From: an uncultured archaeon
GTDB lineage: Archaea; Iainarchaeota; Iainarchaeia; Iainarchaeales; CSSED10-239
Assembly (NCBI GenBank): GCA_964496765.1
Contig: CAZCAP010000008.1
Location: 1-32,000 of the forward strand
Direction of reading: 5' to 3'
Length of the DNA stretch: 32,000 bases
Part shown: one piece after another, positions 23,602 through 32,000 of the stretch
Numbering within the stretch: position 1 is the stretch's first letter
Layout of the letters: each line of letters opens with the position of its first letter
Program-made: the position numbers and the translations under genes
Notes under the pieces: model-generated
Databases searched by the model: none
Told to the model about the DNA's origin: nothing
Seen by the model: only the letters and a program-made list of their open reading frames with translations

Positions 23602-24411
23602 CTATCTTATATAATTATTTCTCGCAGGTGAATCACTCTTAGGTGGATTGTTCATTTTTTCAATATCTTTTGAAATTTTTGAAAATGATTCTTCTATTTT
23701 TTTTGCACTATCGAGTATGGACTTAAGATCTAGCTTAAGCTCAGAAAATAATTTAAGAGTTATCTCAAGTATTTCTTTTGCTGATGCTGGATCCCCATAG
23801 GTAAGCTTGCTATCGGTTTCACCCATTAAACAAACACCAGATATTTTATAGTTTTTATAGGCAATTCCTGGGAGAAGTCCTGCTACTCCAGAAATTAGAG
23901 TATCCTTATTGTTTTTATCAAAATAAATATTAGTTAACTTCTTTTTTTCTAAGTCTGTTCTTGTTTTTTCATCAGAGGTGACACAGGCAACTCTTGGTTT
24001 TGTTTTCATTCTCTGGTCCCCAATATTTAATCCTGCAAAAGTATATATTTCTTTTATTCCTGATTTTTTTGCAAAAGCAGCTATACTCTCAGAAAACTCA
24101 TAGTGATCTTGAGAGTTTGGAACATTACCTAGTGCTGGTTGAACAGGTCCAACAAGGAAAAGATAATCTCTTTTTTTGCTTGAATAAACGTATAATTCAT
24201 CGTGAATAATTTCAAGAACAGAATTCTTTGCATGAACAGCAGGAGGAAATGAATCTGAATAAACTTTAGCCAGGAGAATTGGTTTTGGTTTAAGCTCACT
24301 AACTAAATAATCAACAGCAATTTTGCCCACAAGGCCAATGCCAGGAAGGCCAGCTATAAGAACTGGGTTTTTTAATTTTTTTTTCAAGATTATATCTATG
24401 GTTGTACTCAT
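23602..24411 (-). CDS. PAC2-family proteasome assembly chaperone (COG1938, PbaA/PbaB-like)
   Basis: NPVLIAGLPGIGLVGKIAVDYLVSEL....LAKVYSDSFPP is the PAC2 N-terminal pattern. The track start at 24420 is a TTG; the first ATG is 24411, with GAGGA upstream. Confidence 0.75.
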   Translation of the reverse strand: MSTTIDIILKKKLKNPVLIAGLPGIGLVGKIAVDYLVSELKPKPILLAKVYSDSFPPAVHAKNSVLEIIHDELYVYSSKKRDYLFLVGPVQPALGNVPNSQDHYEFSESIAAFAKKSGIKEIYTFAGLNIGDQRMKTKPRVACVTSDEKTRTDLEKKKLTNIYFDKNNKDTLISGVAGLLPGIAYKNYKISGVCLMGETDSKLTYGDPASAKEILEITLKLFSELKLDLKSILDSAKKIEESFSKISKDIEKMNNPPKSDSPARNNYIR

Positions 24412-24434
24412 TTGAATCAATTCCTCTAGTTAAT

Positions 24435-25196
24435 TTAATCAGTATTATTTTTAATAATTTCTACACTTTCTCCTTTCAAGAATTTAGTTATGTCCTTTGA
24501 AATTAGGTCAAAGTCTTTTGATGCGATCTTATAATCTTTTGCAATCACAATTATGGAATAACGCCCTGGTCCAACGTAGTTGAACTTTGAGTTAGGGTAA
24601 TCCTTTTGTAATTTAAGTAGTGCTTTTCTAATTATTTCAATTCCATTTGGTTCACTTGATGATACCTTTATTGTTCCGGTTATTATCTTGTCTTTAACAG
24701 TTATGTTTTTCGATAATAAATTGAACAATGTTTGTCTATATTTTTCTTCAATACCTGGATAGTAATCTTTACCATATTTTAATAAATTAATAAAACCTTT
24801 ATAGAGACTAGATTCTTTCTCTAGAATTGGGTCCCCTATCTTTTGCCAAACATCTTCAGAAGTTAATTCTAGTTCCTTTGCAATTACTTCCATTAGGCTT
24901 TGAGCTCTTAAAAACAATCTATAGTCAGATATTTTTCTTTTTTCATCAGCAGATGTCACTCTACTAAAAGAAAGATCAACGTGCTTTTTTTCTTCATCAA
25001 CCTTTAGAACCTTTGCAGCTCTAATCTGTCCAACCTTAACATGATTATGAATGTTTTTAATCCAGGTTGATGAGACTTGAGATATGTGAATAAATCCTTC
25101 AATATCATCAAATTCTAAAATATTTGCAAAAACTCCAAAATCAGTTATTTTTGTAATCTTACACACAACTACATCATTTAATTTAGGGTATTCCAT
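24435..25196 (-). CDS. eif2a: Translation initiation factor aIF2 subunit alpha
   Basis: 253 aa. The N-terminal S1 domain is PKLNDVVVCKITKITDFGVFANILEFDDIEGFIHISQVSSTWIKNIHNHVKVGQIRAAKVLKVDEEKKHVDLSFSRV. The helical and alpha-beta C-terminal domains have the expected length. Confidence 0.9.
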   Translation of the reverse strand: MEYPKLNDVVVCKITKITDFGVFANILEFDDIEGFIHISQVSSTWIKNIHNHVKVGQIRAAKVLKVDEEKKHVDLSFSRVTSADEKRKISDYRLFLRAQSLMEVIAKELELTSEDVWQKIGDPILEKESSLYKGFINLLKYGKDYYPGIEEKYRQTLFNLLSKNITVKDKIITGTIKVSSSEPNGIEIIRKALLKLQKDYPNSKFNYVGPGRYSIIVIAKDYKIASKDFDLISKDITKFLKGESVEIIKNNTD

Positions 25197-25364
25197 TTTT
25201 TTTTCAACTCATTTATATTCAATTATTATAAAAAGAAAATTCTTTTGTATTATATATAATATATACAAACTGTTTTTAATGTATATCTTTCCTAGAAATA
25301 TATGGTTATTTGATTAAATAAAGAGCAAGCTTGTTTAAATAACAGGAATAAAGTAGAGACGAGT

Positions 25365-25931
25365 TTAATCTACTTTCTCAATTATTTCCTTTGTTTCTAG
25401 GATTTTAAAAATATCCTCAGGGATTTCCACTAGCTGATTGATTTCAAAAGGCCCATATTCCTTCATATCCCCACCAATGAATGCAGGAATGTCCTGTAGA
25501 AATTTTACCTTAACCTGTGTTGTTGTGTCTGTGTTCTGTGGCTTTTTTGAAACTCCAAAAATTGTGTTTGTTTGCTCGTTTTGCTTATCAATGAGCTTTA
25601 GAATTCCTTTTGCGAAATCAATCTCAAAATCCACTAATCCCTCATCAGCAAAATCATTTGTTCTGCTGTACATTAAACAACTATTCATTATTTTTTTAAT
25701 TCTTATTTCTCTTATTTTCTCAGTTATTCTTTTTAGGTTTTCAAATCTTTTCAAAGTATTTGTAGAAAAAGAATCTTCAATGGATGAAATATATTTATGT
25801 CTCTCGTCTGTTAGGAATTTTTTTAATCCCTTATAAAAAGAGGAATCTAATTTTGATAACCTGGGGGACTTGGTTTCAAGCCTATATATTTTTTGTAATT
25901 CATCATAGTCAACCTTGTAATTATCACTCAA
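25365..25931 (-). CDS. GINS complex subunit, Gins51 (Gins15) type
   Basis: 188 aa. A-domain pattern L.KIYRLE..SPRLSKLDSSFY..L..FL. B-domain pattern VKFLQDIPAFIGGDMKEYGPFEINQLVEIPEDIFKIL. TTG start at 25931 overlaps the priS stop by 8 nt, with GGGGTGG 6 nt upstream. priS-gins linkage is a known archaeal arrangement. Confidence 0.8.
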   Translation of the reverse strand: MSDNYKVDYDELQKIYRLETKSPRLSKLDSSFYKGLKKFLTDERHKYISSIEDSFSTNTLKRFENLKRITEKIREIRIKKIMNSCLMYSRTNDFADEGLVDFEIDFAKGILKLIDKQNEQTNTIFGVSKKPQNTDTTTQVKVKFLQDIPAFIGGDMKEYGPFEINQLVEIPEDIFKILETKEIIEKVD

Positions 25932-27189
25932 ATGTTCCCACCCCTTTTAATATAAAATAAATACAAATATGTTCTTCAAGCTCTTTTATTTCACCAATCT
26001 CATATGGTCCATAGGTTTTATTTAATAATTTAAATTTTGGAATTGGTTTTAAGATTTTAATTGTTTTTTTAATATCGGACTTAAAGACAATGGGATCTTT
26101 AAATGGATCAAATCCTTTAAGTTCTTCTTCATCTTTAATTGATTTCGCTAAAAAACCAGTTCCTCCATGAATTGTATCAGGCACTCTTACAATCTTGTAG
26201 ATGTCCTGAGCAACCGAAGGATCTATCTTAAGTTTTATGTTTTCTATTGCTTGATATAGAAAATTACTCCAAAATTTATCCTGTGAGGTAAAATCACTCC
26301 ACAGTATACTATTATGATACATCTTATTTAAAATGACTTCCTTATTTTCATATATAAGCTTTGCTTTTTGAGAAGTTATGTTTAATTTACTTTTAAGTTC
26401 CTTTTCATTTGAATCCCTAATAATTGTTATTAGATAATTAAGTATTTTCTTCCCCCAGCCCTTTGCTTTATCAGGAGAAGGGATGGACCACTGCTTTTTA
26501 TCAATTGTAAACCCTAGCTTTTCAAGATTAATATCATTACCAAGTATATAATGCATCATAATTGCTCTTGATGCTTTTGATAGAGGAATTATCTTTGGAT
26601 CTGTTATTCTCACATGATAACCCTTGGATCCTGAAAAAGAGATGATAAAGTAATTAGGATCTAAGGAAAAATCTTCAACCAGCATATCAATTAGCTTTAA
26701 TGTTTCCTCTTTTGCTTTACCTAGGCATTTTTCACATGTCCATTCAATAACCTCCACAGGGGAACCACATTCTGTGCACTTATCAAGGTGACCATAGCCT
26801 GTTTTGTTACAGACTTCGTTCTTACACACCCATGTATCATGTTCGTTTTTACAGGGGAGATCGAAATCATCAGCATCAAATTCATAGACTATGTCTGCTC
26901 CTGTCCATTCCTTAGCTTCCATTGGTCTTTTTTCTGGATATTTAAAATAACCAACAGAATAGGAGATGTGAAAAGGAACATTCGCTTTAAGATAGAAATT
27001 AAAATCAGTAATCGAATTGAAAAAAAGATGACGAGCGCTTATCTTCTTTCCAAAATCTCCAATTCCAAACTCTCTTGCTTCTGGACTAACTACAGAGGAC
27101 ACCCTATTATTAAGATAATAGTTTTTGAACTTGTTTCTAACATAATTAACTGCATAGGAGTTAAAATAAGTTGAATCAGAGCTGGACAT
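25924..27189 (-). CDS. priS: DNA primase small (catalytic) subunit PriS
   Basis: 421 aa. Catalytic acidic motif ADIVYEFDADDFD. Zn-binding cluster CKNEHDTWVCKNEVC...CTECG...CEKC. FSGSKGYHVRI is the SG.(K/R)G.H motif. The RVPDTIHG motif is present. Confidence 0.9.
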   Translation of the reverse strand: MSSSDSTYFNSYAVNYVRNKFKNYYLNNRVSSVVSPEAREFGIGDFGKKISARHLFFNSITDFNFYLKANVPFHISYSVGYFKYPEKRPMEAKEWTGADIVYEFDADDFDLPCKNEHDTWVCKNEVCNKTGYGHLDKCTECGSPVEVIEWTCEKCLGKAKEETLKLIDMLVEDFSLDPNYFIISFSGSKGYHVRITDPKIIPLSKASRAIMMHYILGNDINLEKLGFTIDKKQWSIPSPDKAKGWGKKILNYLITIIRDSNEKELKSKLNITSQKAKLIYENKEVILNKMYHNSILWSDFTSQDKFWSNFLYQAIENIKLKIDPSVAQDIYKIVRVPDTIHGGTGFLAKSIKDEEELKGFDPFKDPIVFKSDIKKTIKILKPIPKFKLLNKTYGPYEIGEIKELEEHICIYFILKGVGTFE

Positions 27190-27227
27190 ACATAATATAT
27201 AGAAAGAAAGAATTAAAAAGAAGAAGT

Positions 27228-29519
27228 TTATTGCTCTCTAATCTCTGAAATCCCATCATTTTCCTTATCTCTTTCTATTATGTATTTATGAGAATTTATG
27301 GTTTCAAGTAGCTTTGTGTCATGGGTTATGATTATTGTTTGAGATATATATTGTGGAATGTCCTCTTCAAGAACCAGGGATAGCATTTCAACTGCTTTTG
27401 TGTCTAGATTATGGGTTGGTTCATCAAGTATTAATAATCCAAGATTCTTGGTTAGGATTAATGCGATTGCTATTCTTATGGATAGAGCTGCACAGGCTCT
27501 CTCTCCTCCGCTTAGGAATCCTTCAACCTTGATCCAGTCTTTTGTTTTTGTTTGGACCTCAAGAATATAATCATTATCTGATTTTAGTCTAGCAGATAAA
27601 TAATCCTTGTATGGATAAACCTTTGGCCAGATAATTGAAAGAGCATCATTTATGTTATCAATTAGAACTTTTCTTAATTGATGTTGACTTACTTCAATTG
27701 ATTTAATAAAGTTTGAGATATCCTGCTTTTTAATTAAATAATTTTCTTTTTTAATTTCCTGTTCTTTTCTTTGGGCTTCAAGTTTTTGGAAATTTGTGAT
27801 TTGTTTTTCTAGATTATCCAATAAAGAAGTACTTGAATTTATTCTCTCTGTTATTGATTTGATTGTGCTTTCTAGATTTATGAAACTAGAATTTATTTTT
27901 ATATATTCATCTTCCTGATACCCAATTGATTTTTGCTTGATATCAAGAATAGAACTTTCCTTTAGAAGTTTGTCTTTTTCTTCTTTCTTTTCAATAATGG
28001 TTATAAAAAGAGAAATTTGGTTTAAGCTAGTTGTTATTTTTTGAAGAGATGAATCATCATCTTTAATTGCAGTTATTGATGTGGTTAATTTCAATATTTC
28101 TGATTGTATTTCCTCTTTTCTTTTATTATTCTGAGAAATGGTTGTTTCTAATTGTTTAATCTTGAGTTCATTTTCTTTTTGTTTGGTAATTAACTTATCC
28201 TGCTGGTCTTCTTCCTGCTTTAGCTTATCTATTTCTTTAGCTATTGATTCAAGATTTTGTTTTTGAGTAACCAACAGCCCTTCTTTATTAATCAATTTGT
28301 TTTGAATATCCTCTTCAGATAATTGAGAATCACATATGGGGCATTTTGAAAAACCTTTCTTAAGTTCCGCTATAGATTTATCTAGTTCGGAAATAGATGA
28401 AAGAATAACTATTTTATCTTGCTTTTGTTTAGAAAGATTATCCTCTAGATTTTTTTTATAAGTGAGAAGGTCGTGGAGAGGGGTTGGTGATTGCTTTTTA
28501 GTGTCCAAGAAATATAATTGTTTTTCTTTCAAATCCAAATCTAAACGATTAAGTTCATGTTCATAGGAAGCTCGTTCACTTGTTAGTTTTATTTTTTTAT
28601 TAATATCTTCTTTTACTCTTTCAAAATCTTTATTTAAATTCACTTTTTCTTTTTCAACACCCTCTAAAGTGTTTGTAGAATAATTCTCATCCAATTTATT
28701 TTTAGTTAGGTAATTATCAATATCTTCGAGTTTAGCTTTTTTAAAGATTAATTCTTTTACACAGGAATCATTATCTTGTTTTTTCTTTTTTTGAATTGCA
28801 AGTTCAGAAACTATATTACTCTCTTTATCTTTTTCAAGAATTAATTCTTTTTTTAATTTATCCAATGTATCTATTACTTCCTTCTTTTGAGCGAACTTTG
28901 TTTCTAAATCAAATGAAAGTATTTGGGAATTAATTTGAGAAATTAATTGGGTTATGGTATTTGTTTCATTATCAATTAACCTATCTAGAGCTCTCGCTCC
29001 ATCTTTGATTGTATCAAGCTTTAGTATTCCAAATAAATCATCAAACTTTTCTTTTCTCTTGCTTGGTTGAATTTTCAAAAAGTAATCTAGTTCATTTTGT
29101 TCAGAATAAACAATCTTAGTGAATAATTCATAATCAACCCCAAGCAACTCTTCAATCTTAGAGGTTACATCTGTTTGCTTAGGCCCTGCAATTAATTTAT
29201 TTTCTAAATATAATTTAGCACTAGTTATTCCCTTATCTGTGATTTCTCTTTCTATCTTATATACTTTTGAATCCAGATTAATAACTAAATTTATTTTTGT
29301 GTTTTCTTTTTTAACTGGTTTGAACATTATTACATCTGTGGTTTTTAGTTTCTTGTTTGAAAGAGAAGGAAAGGTACCATAGAGAGCATAGCATATTCCA
29401 TCTGTTATGCTGGACTTTCCAGAACCAACCTTACCAATAAGTAAATTAGTACCATTTGAGAAATCAAGAGTTGAAGAAAGGTGTGTCTTAAAATTCTCAA
29501 GATAAATAGAAGTTATCAT
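27228..29519 (-). CDS. rad50: Rad50 (SMC-like DSB-repair ATPase with zinc hook)
   Basis: 763 aa. Walker A LIGKVGSGKSSI. Long coiled coil with a central CxxC hook (FSKCPICDSQL). Signature LSGGERACAALSIRIA. Walker B/D-loop LLILDEPTHNLD. H-loop IIITHD. Confidence 0.85.
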   Translation of the reverse strand: MITSIYLENFKTHLSSTLDFSNGTNLLIGKVGSGKSSITDGICYALYGTFPSLSNKKLKTTDVIMFKPVKKENTKINLVINLDSKVYKIEREITDKGITSAKLYLENKLIAGPKQTDVTSKIEELLGVDYELFTKIVYSEQNELDYFLKIQPSKRKEKFDDLFGILKLDTIKDGARALDRLIDNETNTITQLISQINSQILSFDLETKFAQKKEVIDTLDKLKKELILEKDKESNIVSELAIQKKKKQDNDSCVKELIFKKAKLEDIDNYLTKNKLDENYSTNTLEGVEKEKVNLNKDFERVKEDINKKIKLTSERASYEHELNRLDLDLKEKQLYFLDTKKQSPTPLHDLLTYKKNLEDNLSKQKQDKIVILSSISELDKSIAELKKGFSKCPICDSQLSEEDIQNKLINKEGLLVTQKQNLESIAKEIDKLKQEEDQQDKLITKQKENELKIKQLETTISQNNKRKEEIQSEILKLTTSITAIKDDDSSLQKITTSLNQISLFITIIEKKEEKDKLLKESSILDIKQKSIGYQEDEYIKINSSFINLESTIKSITERINSSTSLLDNLEKQITNFQKLEAQRKEQEIKKENYLIKKQDISNFIKSIEVSQHQLRKVLIDNINDALSIIWPKVYPYKDYLSARLKSDNDYILEVQTKTKDWIKVEGFLSGGERACAALSIRIAIALILTKNLGLLILDEPTHNLDTKAVEMLSLVLEEDIPQYISQTIIITHDTKLLETINSHKYIIERDKENDGISEIREQ

Positions 29520-29627
29520 AGATATATACTAGGTGGATAGTTATAAAAAATAATTCTTTATTTTAGGTTATATTTTAGTTATAGGGGAATATATTTAAAT
29601 TAAATGCCTCAGTAAATTAAATATTTG

Positions 29628-29822
29628 ATGGATATGAAACTAAAGGAACTAATATCTGATTCAAAAGCACAAATATCTGCTGAAATGATCATTCTTCTTG
29701 CTGCAATCATTGCAATTGTACTTGTTGTTGTTACTCAATTACAAAAAACAACTGATAAGGCAAATAAAAAAGTAGAAACCCAAGCAGACAAAGTTTTTGA
29801 TAAGGTTGATGAAATTAATTAA
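29628..29822 (+). CDS. Small class III signal peptide (archaeal type IV pilin-like, DUF361/QxSxExxxL type) protein
   Basis: MDMKLKELISDSKA|QISAEMIILLAAIIAIVLVVV has a basic N-terminus, K-A/Q cleavage context, QxSxExxxL and a hydrophobic helix. Total 64 aa. The track start at 29625 is a TTG; the ATG is at 29628. Confidence 0.75.
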   Translation: MDMKLKELISDSKAQISAEMIILLAAIIAIVLVVVTQLQKTTDKANKKVETQADKVFDKVDEIN

Positions 29823-29823
29823 A

Positions 29824-30237
29824 ATGCATAAAGTAAAGGGTCAGGTTTCACTCGAATACATTCTAATAGTTGGAGCAGTCGTTTCTCTTCTTTTAATAAT
29901 TGTAACTAGCTCTAGTATGCTCTATAAAAAGAACATTTCTGCAATCGATGACAGAGAGTTGATTAAAACTGGAGCTGAATTGCAAAATATCTTGGACACT
30001 CTAGAGCTAATGCCCACAGGAACAGAAAAGATTATTGTAATTCCTGAATGGACTTGGACAATAGAGTATAAGGATTATTTAAAGAAAACAATAATTTTAT
30101 CAAATGGAAACAAAGAAAAACCTATTTCATCCATATCTGATATATATCTTGAGAAAAAAAGTATTTCAGAGAAATCAGAAATAATTATTAATAAGATTGA
30201 TAATAAGATATATATCAATATTGAAAAGGTAAAATGA
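29824..30237 (+). CDS. Class III signal peptide (type IV pilin-like, DUF361 type) protein, 137 aa
   Basis: MHKVKG|QVSLEYILIVGAVVSLLLIIV has the canonical KGQ.S.E motif. The ATG at 29824 starts 1 nt after the previous stop. The longer track ORF (29797) would overlap the previous gene and add an implausible leader. Confidence 0.75.
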   Translation: MHKVKGQVSLEYILIVGAVVSLLLIIVTSSSMLYKKNISAIDDRELIKTGAELQNILDTLELMPTGTEKIIVIPEWTWTIEYKDYLKKTIILSNGNKEKPISSISDIYLEKKSISEKSEIIINKIDNKIYINIEKVK

Positions 30238-30238
30238 A

Positions 30239-30754
30239 ATGGATATTAATTTAACATTATCTCGTGTTTTCTTTCCTGGAATAATTCTGCATGAACTAAG
30301 CCATGCAATTGCCTGTGTGGCTCTGGGTGTGAAGATAAAGAAAATCAAATGGATAAGCAAAGAAGGCGGATTTGTTATTCATGAACATAATAAATCATAT
30401 AAAACAATAATTATCTCTCTTATTCCTTTCTTTTTAAATATTGTTTATGCAATTGCCTGCGCTCTATTATTCACCATGGGAGTTGGACCTGTTCTAAAAG
30501 TGTTATTGCTTTGGATCGGGGGGAGTGCATTATTTTTTTGTTTACCAAGCAAGGATGATGCAAAGAATGTTTTTGATTCTGTTAGGGAGAGCTATACAAA
30601 AAAGCAATCCCTTCTAAGATGGTTATACAAGATAATTTTAATTCCAATAACTCTAATTGTATTAATCCTTTCATGGTTATTTAGATTGCTAGATGAATCT
30701 TTATTTTTTAGATTACTTTTAATAATTGTTTGGATATATATATTTTTAATTTAA
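30239..30754 (+). CDS. Polytopic membrane HExxH metalloprotease-like protein (Peptidase M50B / DUF3267-like)
   Basis: 171 aa. GIILHELSHAIACVALGVKIKKIKW..EGGFVIHE has HExxH followed by the G...I....GG pattern. There are at least 3 further TM helices and a PSKDDAKN loop. The ATG lies 1 nt after the stop of the preceding pilin-like gene. Confidence 0.6.
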   Translation: MDINLTLSRVFFPGIILHELSHAIACVALGVKIKKIKWISKEGGFVIHEHNKSYKTIIISLIPFFLNIVYAIACALLFTMGVGPVLKVLLLWIGGSALFFCLPSKDDAKNVFDSVRESYTKKQSLLRWLYKIILIPITLIVLILSWLFRLLDESLFFRLLLIIVWIYIFLI

Positions 30755-30945
30755 AGATGGTGATAGGAGAAGTTAGATAGGGAATATCTTGTTTGAATAT
30801 CAAAATATAAATCATTAAATTCATTGATTTTCATCAAAAACAACAATTTAAAAACCATTTTCTGCACTATATAATATACATTATAGGAAGTTTGTTAAGG
30901 TATATATATTTGATGTTACATATATATAATTAGGGGGTTAATATT

Positions 30946-31695
30946 ATGATTAGATTAAGTGTTAAGGATATTAAAGAATTTAATAAGAGCATAGATGCTA
31001 TTGGTGTATTAATTAATGAAGGATTATTTGTTGTTGATAAAGAAAAAATATATTTAAGAGCAACAGATCCATCTCAAATTAGTTTAATTGATTTCGTAAT
31101 GCCAAAAGATGCATTCGATGAATTTGTTGTTGATCTAGGTTCTGAATTAAAAATTTCATTTGGAATAAATATTAATAATCTTTTACAAATATTATCTCAT
31201 TCAAATGCTGATGATAAGCTTCTACTTGAGATCAAAGAAAATAAATCAAATATATTAATTGAACTTGTTGGAAAATCAAGAAGAGCATTTACAATACCTT
31301 TAATTGATGTTTCTGATCAGGAACAACCTATACCCAAAATCCAATCAGATGTTACTGTTCAAATAAATGGAGAACAACTTCTTTCTGGAATTAAGGATGC
31401 AACCTTATTTTCTTCACACATAACATTAAAGGCAGAAGATAATAAGTTCAGCATGGAAACACAAAGCAGTAAAGGTAAGTTCAAGCAGGACATAGATGCA
31501 GAATCAAAGAACGTAGTGATTTCTGGAAACAAGGCAAAAGCAATGTATCCACTTGATTATCTACAGAACATGATTAAGAATTCAAAGGGAATCATCACAA
31601 TTAAGCTTAAAGATGACATGCCACTTGAATTAAGTTATACCATAGGTAAGGCAGCAATAAGATACTTCCTTGCTCCAAGAGTAGATTCAGAATAA
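30946..31695 (+). CDS. pcn: DNA polymerase sliding clamp PCNA
   Basis: 249 aa. FNKSIDAIGVLINEGLFVVDKEKIYLRATDPSQISLIDFVMPKDAF.EF and the C-terminal RYFLAPRVDSE are typical archaeal PCNA patterns. AGGGGGT lies 8 nt upstream of the ATG. Confidence 0.9.
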   Translation: MIRLSVKDIKEFNKSIDAIGVLINEGLFVVDKEKIYLRATDPSQISLIDFVMPKDAFDEFVVDLGSELKISFGININNLLQILSHSNADDKLLLEIKENKSNILIELVGKSRRAFTIPLIDVSDQEQPIPKIQSDVTVQINGEQLLSGIKDATLFSSHITLKAEDNKFSMETQSSKGKFKQDIDAESKNVVISGNKAKAMYPLDYLQNMIKNSKGIITIKLKDDMPLELSYTIGKAAIRYFLAPRVDSE

Positions 31696-31720
31696 TGAAT
31701 CAACTCTTTTTTTCTATTTT

Positions 31721-32000
31721 TTATTGAATTAGTTTTAGTTCTCTTAATCTCTTTCTGGTTTTTTCATTTTCTAATTCAAGAGTAAATGAAGGAACAGCAA
31801 ACAACACATCAGATGCTTCTTTTCTATGAAGATGTTTAACTTTACCATCTAGTGTTATAATTTCAAACTCAGGAATTAATGGGCTATACTCTTTATAGCT
31901 AATTATTTGTTTAATACCTTTTTCCTTAAGAAATTGATAGAATAAATCAAGTTGACCTTTATGGTATCTAACATTATAGTGATCTGCAATCCCAGGGTGC
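31721..32000 (-). CDS. C-terminal fragment of an unidentified protein (N-terminus beyond the right window edge)
   Basis: Only one minus-strand frame is open from 32000 to the TAA at 31723-31721 (93 codons, read manually): ...HPGIADHYNVRYHKGQLDLFYQFLKEKGIKQIISYKEYSPLIPEFEIITLDGKVKHLHRKEASDVLFAVPSFTLELENEKTRKRLRELKLIQ. The family is not recognised with confidence; it is faintly reminiscent of the C-terminus of a polysaccharide-deacetylase-type hydrolase. Confidence 0.5.
   Translation of the reverse strand, partial: HPGIADHYNVRYHKGQLDLFYQFLKEKGIKQIISYKEYSPLIPEFEIITLDGKVKHLHRKEASDVLFAVPSFTLELENEKTRKRLRELKLIQ

Noticed and set aside
25438-27174. Plus-strand ORFs 25438-25836 (132 aa) and 26788-27174 (128 aa)
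   Set aside because: They are antisense to GINS and PriS respectively, both of which have diagnostic motifs. Their composition is typical of shadow ORFs.
1-32000. Stop-codon reassignment, or CRISPR arrays, IS elements, rRNA or a prophage in the window
   Set aside because: TAA, TAG (for example 21269-21271) and TGA (for example 25924-26 and 20064-66 on the minus strand) all terminate well-supported genes at the expected lengths. No repeat-spacer periodicity, transposase, integrase or rRNA-like sequence was seen on either strand.

Overview
Visibly AT-rich, gene-dense archaeal chromosome segment with 33 CDS and 3 tRNAs, mostly on the minus strand. The gene set makes the archaeal origin unambiguous: aRF1, aIF2-alpha, primase PriS, GINS, PCNA, class-I CCA-adding enzyme, aCPSF1 (KH + beta-CASP), Dph2, TruD/Pus7, Hel308, Rad50, HerA, proteasome beta, PAC2 chaperone and QxSxE class-III-signal pilin-like proteins. 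The AT-richness, small proteins and tight spacing suggest a small-genome (DPANN-like) archaeon, but that is inference. The genetic code is standard, since TAA, TAG and TGA all terminate well-supported genes. Most of the window is housekeeping information processing. Six things stand out. (1) A 506-aa LAGLIDADG intein with an embedded XRE-type HTH is inserted exactly after the catalytic GGQ of release factor aRF1. (2) A GC-rich motif, GGAGGGGGT-N4-GTCCAAGCAAA, sits in the same position upstream of two accessory-type genes 10 kb apart (a COG2865/Schlafen-like regulator and a Bro-N/DinD-like protein). (3) A small accessory islet (COG2865 + NADAR) abuts a tRNA-Ser whose anticodon reads AGA; A34 is atypical for Archaea. 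(4) A tight three-gene operon encodes two pilin-like proteins plus a membrane HExxH (M50B-like) protease. (5) HerA is preceded by an uncharacterised 253-aa protein, and Rad50 has no Mre11 or NurA nearby. (6) A 550-bp non-coding gap contains structured, GC-richer patches. I saw no CRISPR array, IS element, rRNA or recognisable complete defence system. I cannot claim a clearly novel multi-gene system from sequence alone; the candidates are listed with explicit tests.
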